Of a stretch of DNA of 64,000 bases, positions 47,511 to 55,761 are shown in pieces (position 1 is the stretch's first letter; the number at the start of each line of letters is the position of its first letter). Origin of the DNA: Thermoanaerobaculia bacterium (lineage in GTDB: Bacteria; Acidobacteriota; Thermoanaerobaculia; Gp7-AA8); the NCBI GenBank assembly GCA_036522835.1, contig DATDFB010000034.1:4383-68382 (forward strand). The letters are read 5' to 3'. Made by a program: the position numbers and the translations under genes. The notes beneath the pieces are model-generated. The model searched no databases. It was not told the origin of the DNA and worked only from the letters and a program-made list of their open reading frames with translations.

Positions 47511-48623
47511 CTATCGCGAGGCGCGCCTCCGCGTCGGCGCGACCGTGATCGCTCCGGGGTAGGTGACGGTGCCGAGGACCGGATCGCTATTGTCGATGAC
47601 GCCGTTGCGGTTGCGGTCGCGCCAGACCGTGGCGGTGAGGTCGTACGTGCCGGCGGCGAGGTTCGCCGGCACCGCGAACGAGCGCACCGCGGCGTTCGAT
47701 CCGCTCTTGAGGGCCACGCGCCGGTCGTCGGGCATGAGACCGAGGTTCTCGAGCGCGGCGCCGACGATGACGTCATCGTCGAGCGTGGCGTCGATGGTGA
47801 AGGCGACGGTCAGCGTCGACGGCGCCGTGACCGTTGCGGACGACGCCGACGCGGAGCGCAGCGTCGTCGCCGACTGCGCGCGTCCCGGCCCGCCGAAGAA
47901 GAACCTGCCGCCGATCCACGCCGTCTGGTATTGGCCGGGCGTCGTGGTCGTGAGCGACGTCGCGTCGTGGTACGCGCCGCCCATGTCGGCGTATTGAATC
48001 GCGCGGACGTACGCGGCGTGGCCGTAGCCGTCGCACGGCGCGCCGCCGCTGCCCATGCTCGTCGTCGTGTGGAGGCCGGCGGCGGATTGGTTGACGATCT
48101 CGCCGCCCGCTTCGACCGTTACGGCATTGCGGCCTAGGCCTGCGGGATCGAAGCGCGCCGCGGGGTAGTAGCCGACCCAGATGCCGTCGACCTCGAGCCA
48201 CCAGTCGCCCGTGTCGGCGCGCGCGAACTCGAGGGCGATCTCGCACTGCGGGCCGCCGTCGACGCTCGTGCAGTTCAAGGAGCCGCCGAGAACGACGTCG
48301 AAGTTCGTCTGCACGAAGTGGCCGCACTGGAGGTTGTAGCACTCGCCGTCGTAGATGAAGAGATGCGTCTTGGTGTCGCCGTAGAGATTCGGGAAGACGT
48401 GCCATCCGACCTCGAGCGACTGCTGCCCCTTCGCCGTGCCGGCGATGAGCCAGAGCTGGGCGAGCGAGAATTCGCCCGGCTGCTCGACGTAGGGGTTCCA
48501 GACGTTGAAGATCGCGCGGGCGCCGCGGGCCTCGACGTTCTGGTAGGCGACGGCCCACTCGTGCGGCGCCGCGGCGGCCGCGGGGAGAGCGATGAAGATG
48601 GTGAGAAGGAGACGTCGGCGCAT
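47511..48623 (-). CDS. secreted neprosin/DUF239-family protein
   Basis: Signal peptide; ..QLWLIAG...SLEVGWHVFPNLYGDTKTHLFIYDGECYNLQCGHFVQTN.. matches the neprosin (DUF239) core. Confidence 0.6.
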   Translation of the reverse strand: MRRRLLLTIFIALPAAAAAPHEWAVAYQNVEARGARAIFNVWNPYVEQPGEFSLAQLWLIAGTAKGQQSLEVGWHVFPNLYGDTKTHLFIYDGECYNLQCGHFVQTNFDVVLGGSLNCTSVDGGPQCEIALEFARADTGDWWLEVDGIWVGYYPAARFDPAGLGRNAVTVEAGGEIVNQSAAGLHTTTSMGSGGAPCDGYGHAAYVRAIQYADMGGAYHDATSLTTTTPGQYQTAWIGGRFFFGGPGRAQSATTLRSASASSATVTAPSTLTVAFTIDATLDDDVIVGAALENLGLMPDDRRVALKSGSNAAVRSFAVPANLAAGTYDLTATVWRDRNRNGVIDNSDPVLGTVTYPGAITVAPTRRRASR

Positions 48624-48707
48624 GACGGCGACTGGTGGTGTCCAATCGCCGGACCACTGCTAACTGTTTGAATATGCTAGTGTGACGTTCTTGGCCGTGT
48701 TCAGAAA

Positions 48708-49274
48708 TCAGACGGTCGTCGAGAATTCGATCACGTCGGGGAAGAAGTCGTGGAACCGCCGCTCCAGCTCCCGCCGCGAGTCCGCGAGGTGGTGCGTCGC
48801 CGTCTCGAGATGCGGTTGACGCGAGAGGCGCCGAGAGAGATTCGTCAGCGCGAGGTGGATGCCGGCGACGTCGCGGTACGACAGGAGCCACTGCTGGTCG
48901 CGCATGTACGGATAGACGAGGCGCAGCCGTCCCGGCAGCTCGTGCGCGTACGGGTCGAGCGCCGCGTGCACGCGCGCGACGAACGCTTCCAGCGTCTCAT
49001 CGCTGTAGCGCCCGAAGTCGTTGGCGAGGAAGTGATCGAAGAAGACGTCGGCGATGACGCGCGCGTAGTGGCCGTGGTCGGGGATGAGCACGCGGCGGAA
49101 GGCGGCCACGCTCGGATGCGCATCGGTAAAGGCGTCGATCTTTCGATGCTTGCGAATGCCGGCCGAAATCGCATCGTCGCCGTGGATCGGCCCTTTGACG
49201 AAGTCGCCCGCGAGGTTGCCGATCATCGACTCCGCGCCCTCGCCGGCGAGAAAGAGGTGCGCGAGATAGTTCAT
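48708..49274 (-). CDS. acpH: acyl carrier protein phosphodiesterase
   Basis: MNYLAHLFLAGEGAESMIGNLAGDFVKGP.. canonical AcpH N-terminus. 4-bp overlap with the upstream LMF gene. Confidence 0.75.
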   Translation of the reverse strand: MNYLAHLFLAGEGAESMIGNLAGDFVKGPIHGDDAISAGIRKHRKIDAFTDAHPSVAAFRRVLIPDHGHYARVIADVFFDHFLANDFGRYSDETLEAFVARVHAALDPYAHELPGRLRLVYPYMRDQQWLLSYRDVAGIHLALTNLSRRLSRQPHLETATHHLADSRRELERRFHDFFPDVIEFSTTV

Positions 49275-50677
49275 TGCTTGGCGATCGCCGGCGCGTACTC
49301 GCCGAGGAACTTGCGGTTCCACCAGGCGCCGGTGCGCGCGCGCTCGGCGGGGGTGGTGAACCAGTATTGCCACTTCACCGCGCGCACCATCGCCGGCGGG
49401 CGCGCCGCGAAAGGATTGCCGGCGAAGAGGCGCAGCACCTGCGGCGAGCTCTCCAGCAGTTGCGCTTCGCAGTTGAGGACGAACGGGTTCTCGTAATAGT
49501 CGCCGAGAGAGGCGAACCAGAGGTTCCAGTCGAAGCGCGGCTGGTACGGCGCGTAGATGCCCGGCGCCTTCATCGGGTCCTGCGGCTTGAAGCGGAACGG
49601 ATAGGCGATCCAATGCTCGCCGTCGTAGGAGCCCTGGAGCTCGATCTCGTAGCGGGCGCGGGTCATGACGGCGAAGAGGCCGAAGCGGTTTGTGATGCGG
49701 AAGGGCTCGAGGAGCGGGACGAGCGGGAAGGAGGGGACGAGGAAGCCGGCGATGGTGGTGACGAAGAGGATGGCGAAGAAGACTTTTTGAATGACGAAGG
49801 GCGCACGCCGTGCGCCCCTACCGGTGGGAGCGTCGTCGGTAGGGGCGCACGGCGTGCGCCCCCCGTCCAACAAGAGCACGCCGAGGAACAACACGAGATA
49901 GTTCAGAAACGCATAGTTCGCCGTGAGAATGATGGCGATCTGCAGCGGCGTCGTCAGAACGAACGCGATGAGCCGCGACTGCTTCGGCAAAAACACCAGC
50001 CACGCGATCAAGAGCTCGGCGACGAGCGTGTACGCCACGGTGGCGGCGTGGAAGCCATGCGGCAGACGCTGCTGCGTGTACCAGCCGATCCACGTCGGCA
50101 GCGGGCCGTTCTCGTAGTACTTGTCCATGGCCGTGAAGTCGCGCCACTGCGTCTCGCCGCTCAGGATCTTCACCACGCCCGACTCGAAGTAGATGCGGAA
50201 CCACAGCCAGCGGAGCATGAAGAGCGCGCCGGCGTTGACCGGCTGCGCGCCGGCGAGTCCCGGCCGCAGGCCGCGCGGCGCGAGGAAGATCGACAAGAGG
50301 GCCGCCTCGAGGAGCATGCCGTCGGACTGGTAGCCGCTGAAGTCCTGCGCCGCGGCGACGAAGGAGAGGAACGCCACTGCCGCGACGGCGATCGACACGC
50401 GCGGCCAGAGGTTGGCGATGATCGCAACGGAGGCCAGAAGTCCGATCCAGACGATGGCCATGAGCATCGCGTCGTCGGTGTTGATCCACAGCAGCGTCGG
50501 CACGAACCAGAAGCGCTTCAGACCGAGCACGCGCAGTTGTTGCAGGTACGTCTGCGCCGGCAGCAGGCCGCGCGAGCCGATCAATCCTTCGATCTGGAAG
50601 TGGAGCGAGACGAACGCGGAAAGGAAAATCGCGCCGAGCGCGCGGAGCCAGATCCAACGCGCGCGGGCGCCGGTCAT
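49271..50677 (-). CDS. lipase maturation factor (LMF1-like) family membrane protein
   Basis: Polytopic; ..FVPTLLWINTDDAMLMAIVWIGLLAS..; C-terminal ..YENPFVLNCEAQLL.. Contains an in-frame 63-bp palindrome at 49799-49861. Confidence 0.7.
   Translation of the reverse strand: MTGARARWIWLRALGAIFLSAFVSLHFQIEGLIGSRGLLPAQTYLQQLRVLGLKRFWFVPTLLWINTDDAMLMAIVWIGLLASVAIIANLWPRVSIAVAAVAFLSFVAAAQDFSGYQSDGMLLEAALLSIFLAPRGLRPGLAGAQPVNAGALFMLRWLWFRIYFESGVVKILSGETQWRDFTAMDKYYENGPLPTWIGWYTQQRLPHGFHAATVAYTLVAELLIAWLVFLPKQSRLIAFVLTTPLQIAIILTANYAFLNYLVLFLGVLLLDGGRTPCAPTDDAPTGRGARRAPFVIQKVFFAILFVTTIAGFLVPSFPLVPLLEPFRITNRFGLFAVMTRARYEIELQGSYDGEHWIAYPFRFKPQDPMKAPGIYAPYQPRFDWNLWFASLGDYYENPFVLNCEAQLLESSPQVLRLFAGNPFAARPPAMVRAVKWQYWFTTPAERARTGAWWNRKFLGEYAPAIAKQ
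49799..49861. repeat. 63-bp palindrome inside the LMF CDS
   Basis: GCGCACGCCGTGCGCCCCTACCG ... CGGTAGGGGCGCACGGCGTGCGC. Encodes GGRTPCAPTDDAPTGRGARRAP in-frame. Confidence 0.8.
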
Positions 50678-52359
50678 CGCCGCTCCACGATGATGATGCC
50701 GCGATGCGCGTAGATGCGGCGGAAGAGGCGCAGCGGCGCGCCGTCATACGCGCGTTTCCACACGGTCGAGCGCGGCACCAGCTCCGGATCGAGGCCGAGG
50801 ATCGTCGCGGCGGAGAGCATGCCGCGCGGCCCCTCGTAGATGACGAAGCGGACGCCTTGCTCGTCGCAATAGCGCGCCAGCGACTCCTCGTGCGTGGTGA
50901 GGAAGGCGTCGTGCGCACGCTCGAAGGCGATGCGGTCGGGCATGGTGCCGAAGTTGTCGATGACGACGGGGCGCCCCGCCACGACGTCGAGCAGATGCCC
51001 GACCGACCACGGCGCGAGTACGCGTCCCGGCGGCTGCGTCTGCAGAAATCGTGCGGCCTCGAACCACGGCCGGAATGCCAGCGACGGCGGCCGCACGGGG
51101 TGCAGCATCCAGAGGGCGAATTGCACGGGCGGGGCGATGGCCACGGCGGCCAGCGCGAGCTGCCGCAGCCAGCGGCGCTCGAACGATACGGCGGCGATCG
51201 CGCCGGCGATGGCCAGAAGCGGCACGCCGACGCTCCAGAATCGCCGCGAAGTGATGGCGAGCAATAGATAGAGGATGGCGAACGGCGCGACGACGCGGTC
51301 CCGCCGCACGAGCGACCAGACGAGCACGGCGCCGATGCCGAGCCCCACCACGATCGAGAGGATGTCCTCGGTCGACCCGCGCCAGAGCGGCTGAAATTCC
51401 TGGATCGTACGCAGCCACGGCTCGCCGCCGAAGAAGGTCGAGCCTTCGAGGAGAGCTCCCGGCGCGGAGGGCGTGGCGAGGACGACACACGCGCCGGCGA
51501 GGAGGGCGAAAAAAGATCCCTCGCCCCGCTTGCGGGGAGAGGGTGGCGCCGAAGGCGCCGGGTGAGGGGCGATGCCTGCAGGATGGCGCCCCTCATCCGG
51601 CGCTGCGCGCCACCTGTACGCGCACGCCACCGCCGCCGCCCCGAAGAGCGCGGCGTGCGTCCAGCCGAGGAACCAGGCGTTGTCGGGGTAGCCGGGCGGG
51701 CGGGTGACGCGGTAGAGCGCGATGGCAACGGCGCCGATGCCGAAGGCGATCGCGCCGGCCCGGCCGTCGGTGCTGAAGAAGAGGATGACGAACACGAGTG
51801 CGGCGGCGACGAGGAGGGCGGTCTGCACGAACATGGCGGCGGTCAATGCCAGCGCGATCTGGAGTGCGGCGGCCATGCCGCCGCTGTCAGAGCCGCGGCA
51901 TGCCCGCCGCACTCCACAAATCATCCCCACCACGAAAATCGGCTCCGTCCAATGGTGGTCGATGCTGCCGATCCACGACTGCGTCACCACGAACGGCGAC
52001 GCCGCCAGCGCCGCGCCCGCCGCGATCGCCACCGCGCGTCCGAAGCGCCGGTCCATCCACAGCACGACCGCCGCGACGAAGAGCGCCGAGCCGATCGGCG
52101 GGATCCACTTCACGCGCGCCAGCACCTCGGCCTGCGTCGTCGCGCCGGTCAGATGGGCGATGCCGCCAAGGAGGCGGTCGTAGAGCGGAGGCCAGGGGCA
52201 GAAGGCGTTGCGGTCGGCGTCGAAGTCGACGAAGTGCGTCATCCGCTTGAGGTGATACAGCTCGTCGACCGGCGAGAGCTCCCACCACGCGGCGTTGCTC
52301 ACCCGGAAAGCCAGCGCGGTGGCGAACGCGACGATGACCAGAAACATCCTCACGCGCAC
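50674..52359 (-). CDS. polytopic membrane glycosyltransferase-like protein (PMT/ArnT/STT3-like fold, assignment tentative)
   Basis: 561 aa with 10 or more hydrophobic helices. The ORF is continuous across two in-frame repeat elements (family D at 51515-51615; family A at 51860-51916). ATGA overlap with the LMF gene. Confidence 0.5.
   Translation of the reverse strand: MRVRMFLVIVAFATALAFRVSNAAWWELSPVDELYHLKRMTHFVDFDADRNAFCPWPPLYDRLLGGIAHLTGATTQAEVLARVKWIPPIGSALFVAAVVLWMDRRFGRAVAIAAGAALAASPFVVTQSWIGSIDHHWTEPIFVVGMICGVRRACRGSDSGGMAAALQIALALTAAMFVQTALLVAAALVFVILFFSTDGRAGAIAFGIGAVAIALYRVTRPPGYPDNAWFLGWTHAALFGAAAVACAYRWRAAPDEGRHPAGIAPHPAPSAPPSPRKRGEGSFFALLAGACVVLATPSAPGALLEGSTFFGGEPWLRTIQEFQPLWRGSTEDILSIVVGLGIGAVLVWSLVRRDRVVAPFAILYLLLAITSRRFWSVGVPLLAIAGAIAAVSFERRWLRQLALAAVAIAPPVQFALWMLHPVRPPSLAFRPWFEAARFLQTQPPGRVLAPWSVGHLLDVVAGRPVVIDNFGTMPDRIAFERAHDAFLTTHEESLARYCDEQGVRFVIYEGPRGMLSAATILGLDPELVPRSTVWKRAYDGAPLRLFRRIYAHRGIIIVERR
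51515..51615. repeat. ~100-bp structured repeat element, copy 2 (same family as 8073-8190), in-frame inside the membrane GT-like gene
   Basis: CTCGCCCCGCTTGCGGGGAGAGGGTGGCGCCGAAGGCGCCGGGTGAGGGGCGATGCCTGCAGGATGGCGCCCCTCATCCGGCGCT. Read on the minus strand it encodes ..HPAPSAPPSPRKRGEGSFF... Confidence 0.8.
51860..51916. repeat. family-A 57-bp palindromic element, copy 3, in-frame inside the membrane GT-like gene
   Basis: TGGAGTGCGGCGGCCATGCCGCCGCTGTCAGAGCCGCGGCATGCCCGCCGCACTCCA. Encodes ..RRACRGSDSGGMAAALQ.. on the minus strand. Confidence 0.85.
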
Positions 52360-52442
52360 AGAATAAATTCACTTGCCATTTTGTCCCGCTTGCCGCACGC
52401 TGTTGCAGTCGTCCAAGACGTTCCGACAATCGAGGAATCAAA

Positions 52443-53735
52443 GTGCGAAAGACGTTGGCCGCGTCTGCGGCCTGTTTCTTATTCGCTGTTTCTCTGCTCG
52501 CGGCCACGCCGGAGTCGATCTCCACGCACTGCCGCGAGACGGAAGTCCCCCTCGATGAAACGCACAGCGTCTCCCGCCTCGGCGACTGCGGCGATCCGGC
52601 CGCGCCCGACCTCCTCTGGCACCTCGACCGGATCGACCAGACCAACGCCGACCTCGACGGCATCTACCATCATCGTTTAGGCGGTGCCGGCAGCGTCGTC
52701 TACGTCATGGACACCGGCGTCATGGCCGGGCACGACGAGTTCGCCACGCCGTCCGGTCCGCGCGTCATCGCCGGCATCGACGCGGCGTCGGTAGCGATCG
52801 GCGCGTCGCACTGCACGAGCGCGAACAAGGCCATGATGCCGTGCTACGAGAACCTGACTGAGCTCATCGGCGCCTCGCACGGCACGAGCGTGGCGTCGCT
52901 CATCGCCGGCGCGCGCGTCGGCGTGGCGCCCGAGGCGAAGATCGTGTCCGTGCGGGTGATGAATGAGTCGGCCCTGGCGACGACGCGCACGTACCTCGAC
53001 GGCCTCAACGCCATCGTCAAGCACGCCTTCGATCCGGCCACGCCGCAGTTCCGGACCGCCATCGTCAACATCAGCGGCTGGGTGCTGGAGCGGCTGCAGG
53101 GCGAAACGGAGAAGTCGGTCGTGCCGTTCGCCGCGGTGGAGAAGAAGATCCGCGAGATGGTGGCCGGCGTCGACGCCGACGGCAAGCCCGACCCGAACGG
53201 CAAGAAGTTTCTCTTCGTCGTGGCCGGCAACAACATCGACAACGGCTGCGGCCGCGCCGGCATGGTCGACCGTTTCCCGGCCACGCTCGGACGCTCCATC
53301 GACGGCGTCATCACCGTCGGCGGGATGACGGCGGACAACAGCTGGTGGCCGGGCGCCTGCCGCGGCGGGCTGGAGATCCTCGCGCCGAGCGAAGGGGTGT
53401 TCAGCGCCACGATCACGGCGAAGGACGAGTACCGCGGGACGAAGCCGAACCTCCGCTCCGGCACGTCGTTCGCCGCGCCGATCATCGCCGGCATCGCGGC
53501 GCGGCTTTTGTCGCAGAAGCCGGCGCTGACGCCGGCGGAGCTCGAGTCGGCGATCGTGGCCACGCCGTCGCGCATCGTCAATCCCGACGCCCAGCACGCC
53601 GACGGCAAGGTCGCCTTCCTCAACGACGTGCCGGTCGTGCAGAGCGCGGGGGGGACGGAGAAGGTTGCGCCGAGCGTGACTCCGGCGGCGGTCACGGCCG
53701 TGGCGCCGATGACGTCGGCGGGCAATCGGCCGTGA
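52443..53735 (+). CDS. secreted subtilisin-like serine peptidase (S8 family)
   Basis: Signal peptide; catalytic-triad contexts VYVMDTGV (Asp), SHGTSVASL (His), GTSFAAPIIAG (Ser). Confidence 0.8.
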   Translation: MRKTLAASAACFLFAVSLLAATPESISTHCRETEVPLDETHSVSRLGDCGDPAAPDLLWHLDRIDQTNADLDGIYHHRLGGAGSVVYVMDTGVMAGHDEFATPSGPRVIAGIDAASVAIGASHCTSANKAMMPCYENLTELIGASHGTSVASLIAGARVGVAPEAKIVSVRVMNESALATTRTYLDGLNAIVKHAFDPATPQFRTAIVNISGWVLERLQGETEKSVVPFAAVEKKIREMVAGVDADGKPDPNGKKFLFVVAGNNIDNGCGRAGMVDRFPATLGRSIDGVITVGGMTADNSWWPGACRGGLEILAPSEGVFSATITAKDEYRGTKPNLRSGTSFAAPIIAGIAARLLSQKPALTPAELESAIVATPSRIVNPDAQHADGKVAFLNDVPVVQSAGGTEKVAPSVTPAAVTAVAPMTSAGNRP

Positions 53736-53737
53736 GA

Positions 53738-53814
53738 GGTTCTTAGGTTCTTGAGTTGTTAGGTTCTTACGTTTCGCGAAACTCAAGAACTAAGAACCTA
53801 AGAACCTAACAACC
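53738..53814. repeat. hairpin built from tandem heptamers (unit GGTTCTTA / TAAGAACC), copy H4
   Basis: GGTTCTTA GGTTCTTGA GTTGTTA GGTTCTTAC-GTTTCGCGAAAC-TCAAGAAC TAAGAACC TAAGAACC TAACAACC. Same unit as H1, AT-rich. Confidence 0.85.
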
Positions 53815-53835
53815 CCTTATCATCCCGCCCGCACG

Positions 53836-55731
53836 ATGACCGCCTCCTACGACTCCTCTTCCATCGAAGTCCTCACCGGCCTGGAGCCCGTCCGCAAGCG
53901 CCCCGGCATGTACACGACCACGGAGCGGCCGAACCATCTCGCGCAGGAGGTGATCGACAACTCCGCCGACGAAGCCATTGCCGGCTTCGCCAAGGAGATC
54001 GTCGTCACGCTGCACGACGACGGCTCCGTCACCGTCGCCGACGACGGCCGCGGCATGCCGGTCGACCGCCACGCCAAGGAAGGCGTCAGCGGCGTCGAGG
54101 TCATCCTCACGCGTCTGCACGCCGGCGCGAAGTTCACCGACAAGAACTACCGCTTCTCCGGCGGCCTGCACGGCGTCGGCGTCTCCGTCGTCAACGCGCT
54201 GTCGAAGAAGCTGCAGGTGTGGGTGCGCCGCGACGGCAACGAGTACTTCATGTGGTTCGCCGACGGGAAGAAGAAACAGGAGCTCAAGCCCGTCGGCACC
54301 GTCGGCCGGCGCAACACCGGCACGACCATCCGCTTCTGGCCCGACGAGAAGTTCTTCGACTCCGCGAAGTTCAACATCCCGCGCCTCAAGCACGTCATGC
54401 GCGCCAAGGCCGTGCTCGCGCCGGGGCTGCGCATGCGCTTCGTGAGCGAAGTCGACCCGGCCGAGAGCGAGGAGTGGTACTACGAGAACGGTCTCCCGGC
54501 GTACCTCATGTCGGAGCTCGCCGGCGCCGAGACGATTCCGGTCGAGCCGTACGTCGGGCACTTCAAAGGAACGAACGAAGAGGTCGACTGGGCGGTCGTC
54601 TGGGTGCCGGACGAGGGCGATCTCGTCACCGAGTCGTACGTGAACCTCATTCCGACGGCGCAGGGCGGCACGCACGTCAACGGCTTCCGCACGGGCTTGA
54701 CCGAGGCCATCCGCGAGTTCTGCGAGCTGCGCAATCTGTTGCCGCGCGGCGTGAAGCTGACGCCCGACGACGTCTGGTCGCGCTGCAGCTACATCCTCTC
54801 GCTGCGCATGACCGAGCCGCAGTTCACGGGACAGACGAAGGACCGCCTCTCGTCGCGCGAAGCGTCGGCGTTCGTGCATGGCGTGACGCAGGACGCGTTC
54901 TCGATCTGGCTCAACAACAACGTCGCCGACGCGGAGCGCATCGCCCAGGTGGCGATCGCCGCGGCGATGACGCGGCTGCGGCAGGGGAAGAAGGTCGAGC
55001 GGAAGAAGATCGGCGCCGGCCCGGCACTCCCCGGCAAGCTCGCCGACTGCACGGCGAGCGATCTCGGGCAGACGGAGCTGTTTCTCGTCGAAGGCGACTC
55101 CGCCGGCGGCTCGGCCAAGCAGGCCCGCGACCGCGAGTTCCAGGCCATCATGCCGCTGCGCGGCAAGATCCTGAACACGTGGGAAGTCGACCCGAACGAA
55201 GTGCTCTCCTCGCAGGAGGTGCACGACATCGCGGTGGCCCTCGGCGTCGATCCCGGCTCGAACGATCTGAAAGGGCTGCGCTACGGCAAGGTCTGCATCC
55301 TGGCCGACGCCGACTCCGACGGCGCGCACATCGCCACGCTCCTGACCGCGCTCTTCGTCCGCCACTTCCGCAAGCTGGTGGAGGAGGGGCACGTCTACGT
55401 GGCCATGCCGCCGCTGTACCGCATCGACGTCGGCAAGAATGTCTACTACGCGCTCGACGACCACGAGCGCGACGGCATTCTCGAGCGCATCGCCGCCGAG
55501 GGGATCAAAGCGAAGCCGAACATCCAGCGCTTCAAAGGCCTCGGCGAGATGAACGCCACGCAACTGCGCGAGACGACGATGTCGCCCGACACGCGCCGCC
55601 TCGTGCGCCTGACTCTCGACGCCGGCGACGGCGCGGAGTCGGTGATCGATATGTTGCTCGCGAAAAAGCGAGCAGATGACCGCAAGCAGTGGCTGACCGA
55701 GGAAGGGAACAAGGCGGAGATCCTGGAGTAA
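53836..55731 (+). CDS. parE: DNA topoisomerase IV subunit B
   Basis: GHKL ATPase motifs (..EVIDNSADEA..DDGRGMP..) and Toprim (..LVEGDSAGGSAKQ..). 631 aa, i.e. short (ParE-type) rather than GyrB length. Confidence 0.9.
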   Translation: MTASYDSSSIEVLTGLEPVRKRPGMYTTTERPNHLAQEVIDNSADEAIAGFAKEIVVTLHDDGSVTVADDGRGMPVDRHAKEGVSGVEVILTRLHAGAKFTDKNYRFSGGLHGVGVSVVNALSKKLQVWVRRDGNEYFMWFADGKKKQELKPVGTVGRRNTGTTIRFWPDEKFFDSAKFNIPRLKHVMRAKAVLAPGLRMRFVSEVDPAESEEWYYENGLPAYLMSELAGAETIPVEPYVGHFKGTNEEVDWAVVWVPDEGDLVTESYVNLIPTAQGGTHVNGFRTGLTEAIREFCELRNLLPRGVKLTPDDVWSRCSYILSLRMTEPQFTGQTKDRLSSREASAFVHGVTQDAFSIWLNNNVADAERIAQVAIAAAMTRLRQGKKVERKKIGAGPALPGKLADCTASDLGQTELFLVEGDSAGGSAKQARDREFQAIMPLRGKILNTWEVDPNEVLSSQEVHDIAVALGVDPGSNDLKGLRYGKVCILADADSDGAHIATLLTALFVRHFRKLVEEGHVYVAMPPLYRIDVGKNVYYALDDHERDGILERIAAEGIKAKPNIQRFKGLGEMNATQLRETTMSPDTRRLVRLTLDAGDGAESVIDMLLAKKRADDRKQWLTEEGNKAEILE

Positions 55732-55733
55732 TC

Positions 55734-55759
55734 TGGAGTGCGGCGGCCATGCCGCCGCT
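55734..55759. repeat. family-A palindromic element, one-arm copy
   Basis: TGGAGTGCGGCGGCCATGCCGCCGCT, starting 3 nt after the parE stop. Confidence 0.75.
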
Positions 55760-55761
55760 CT

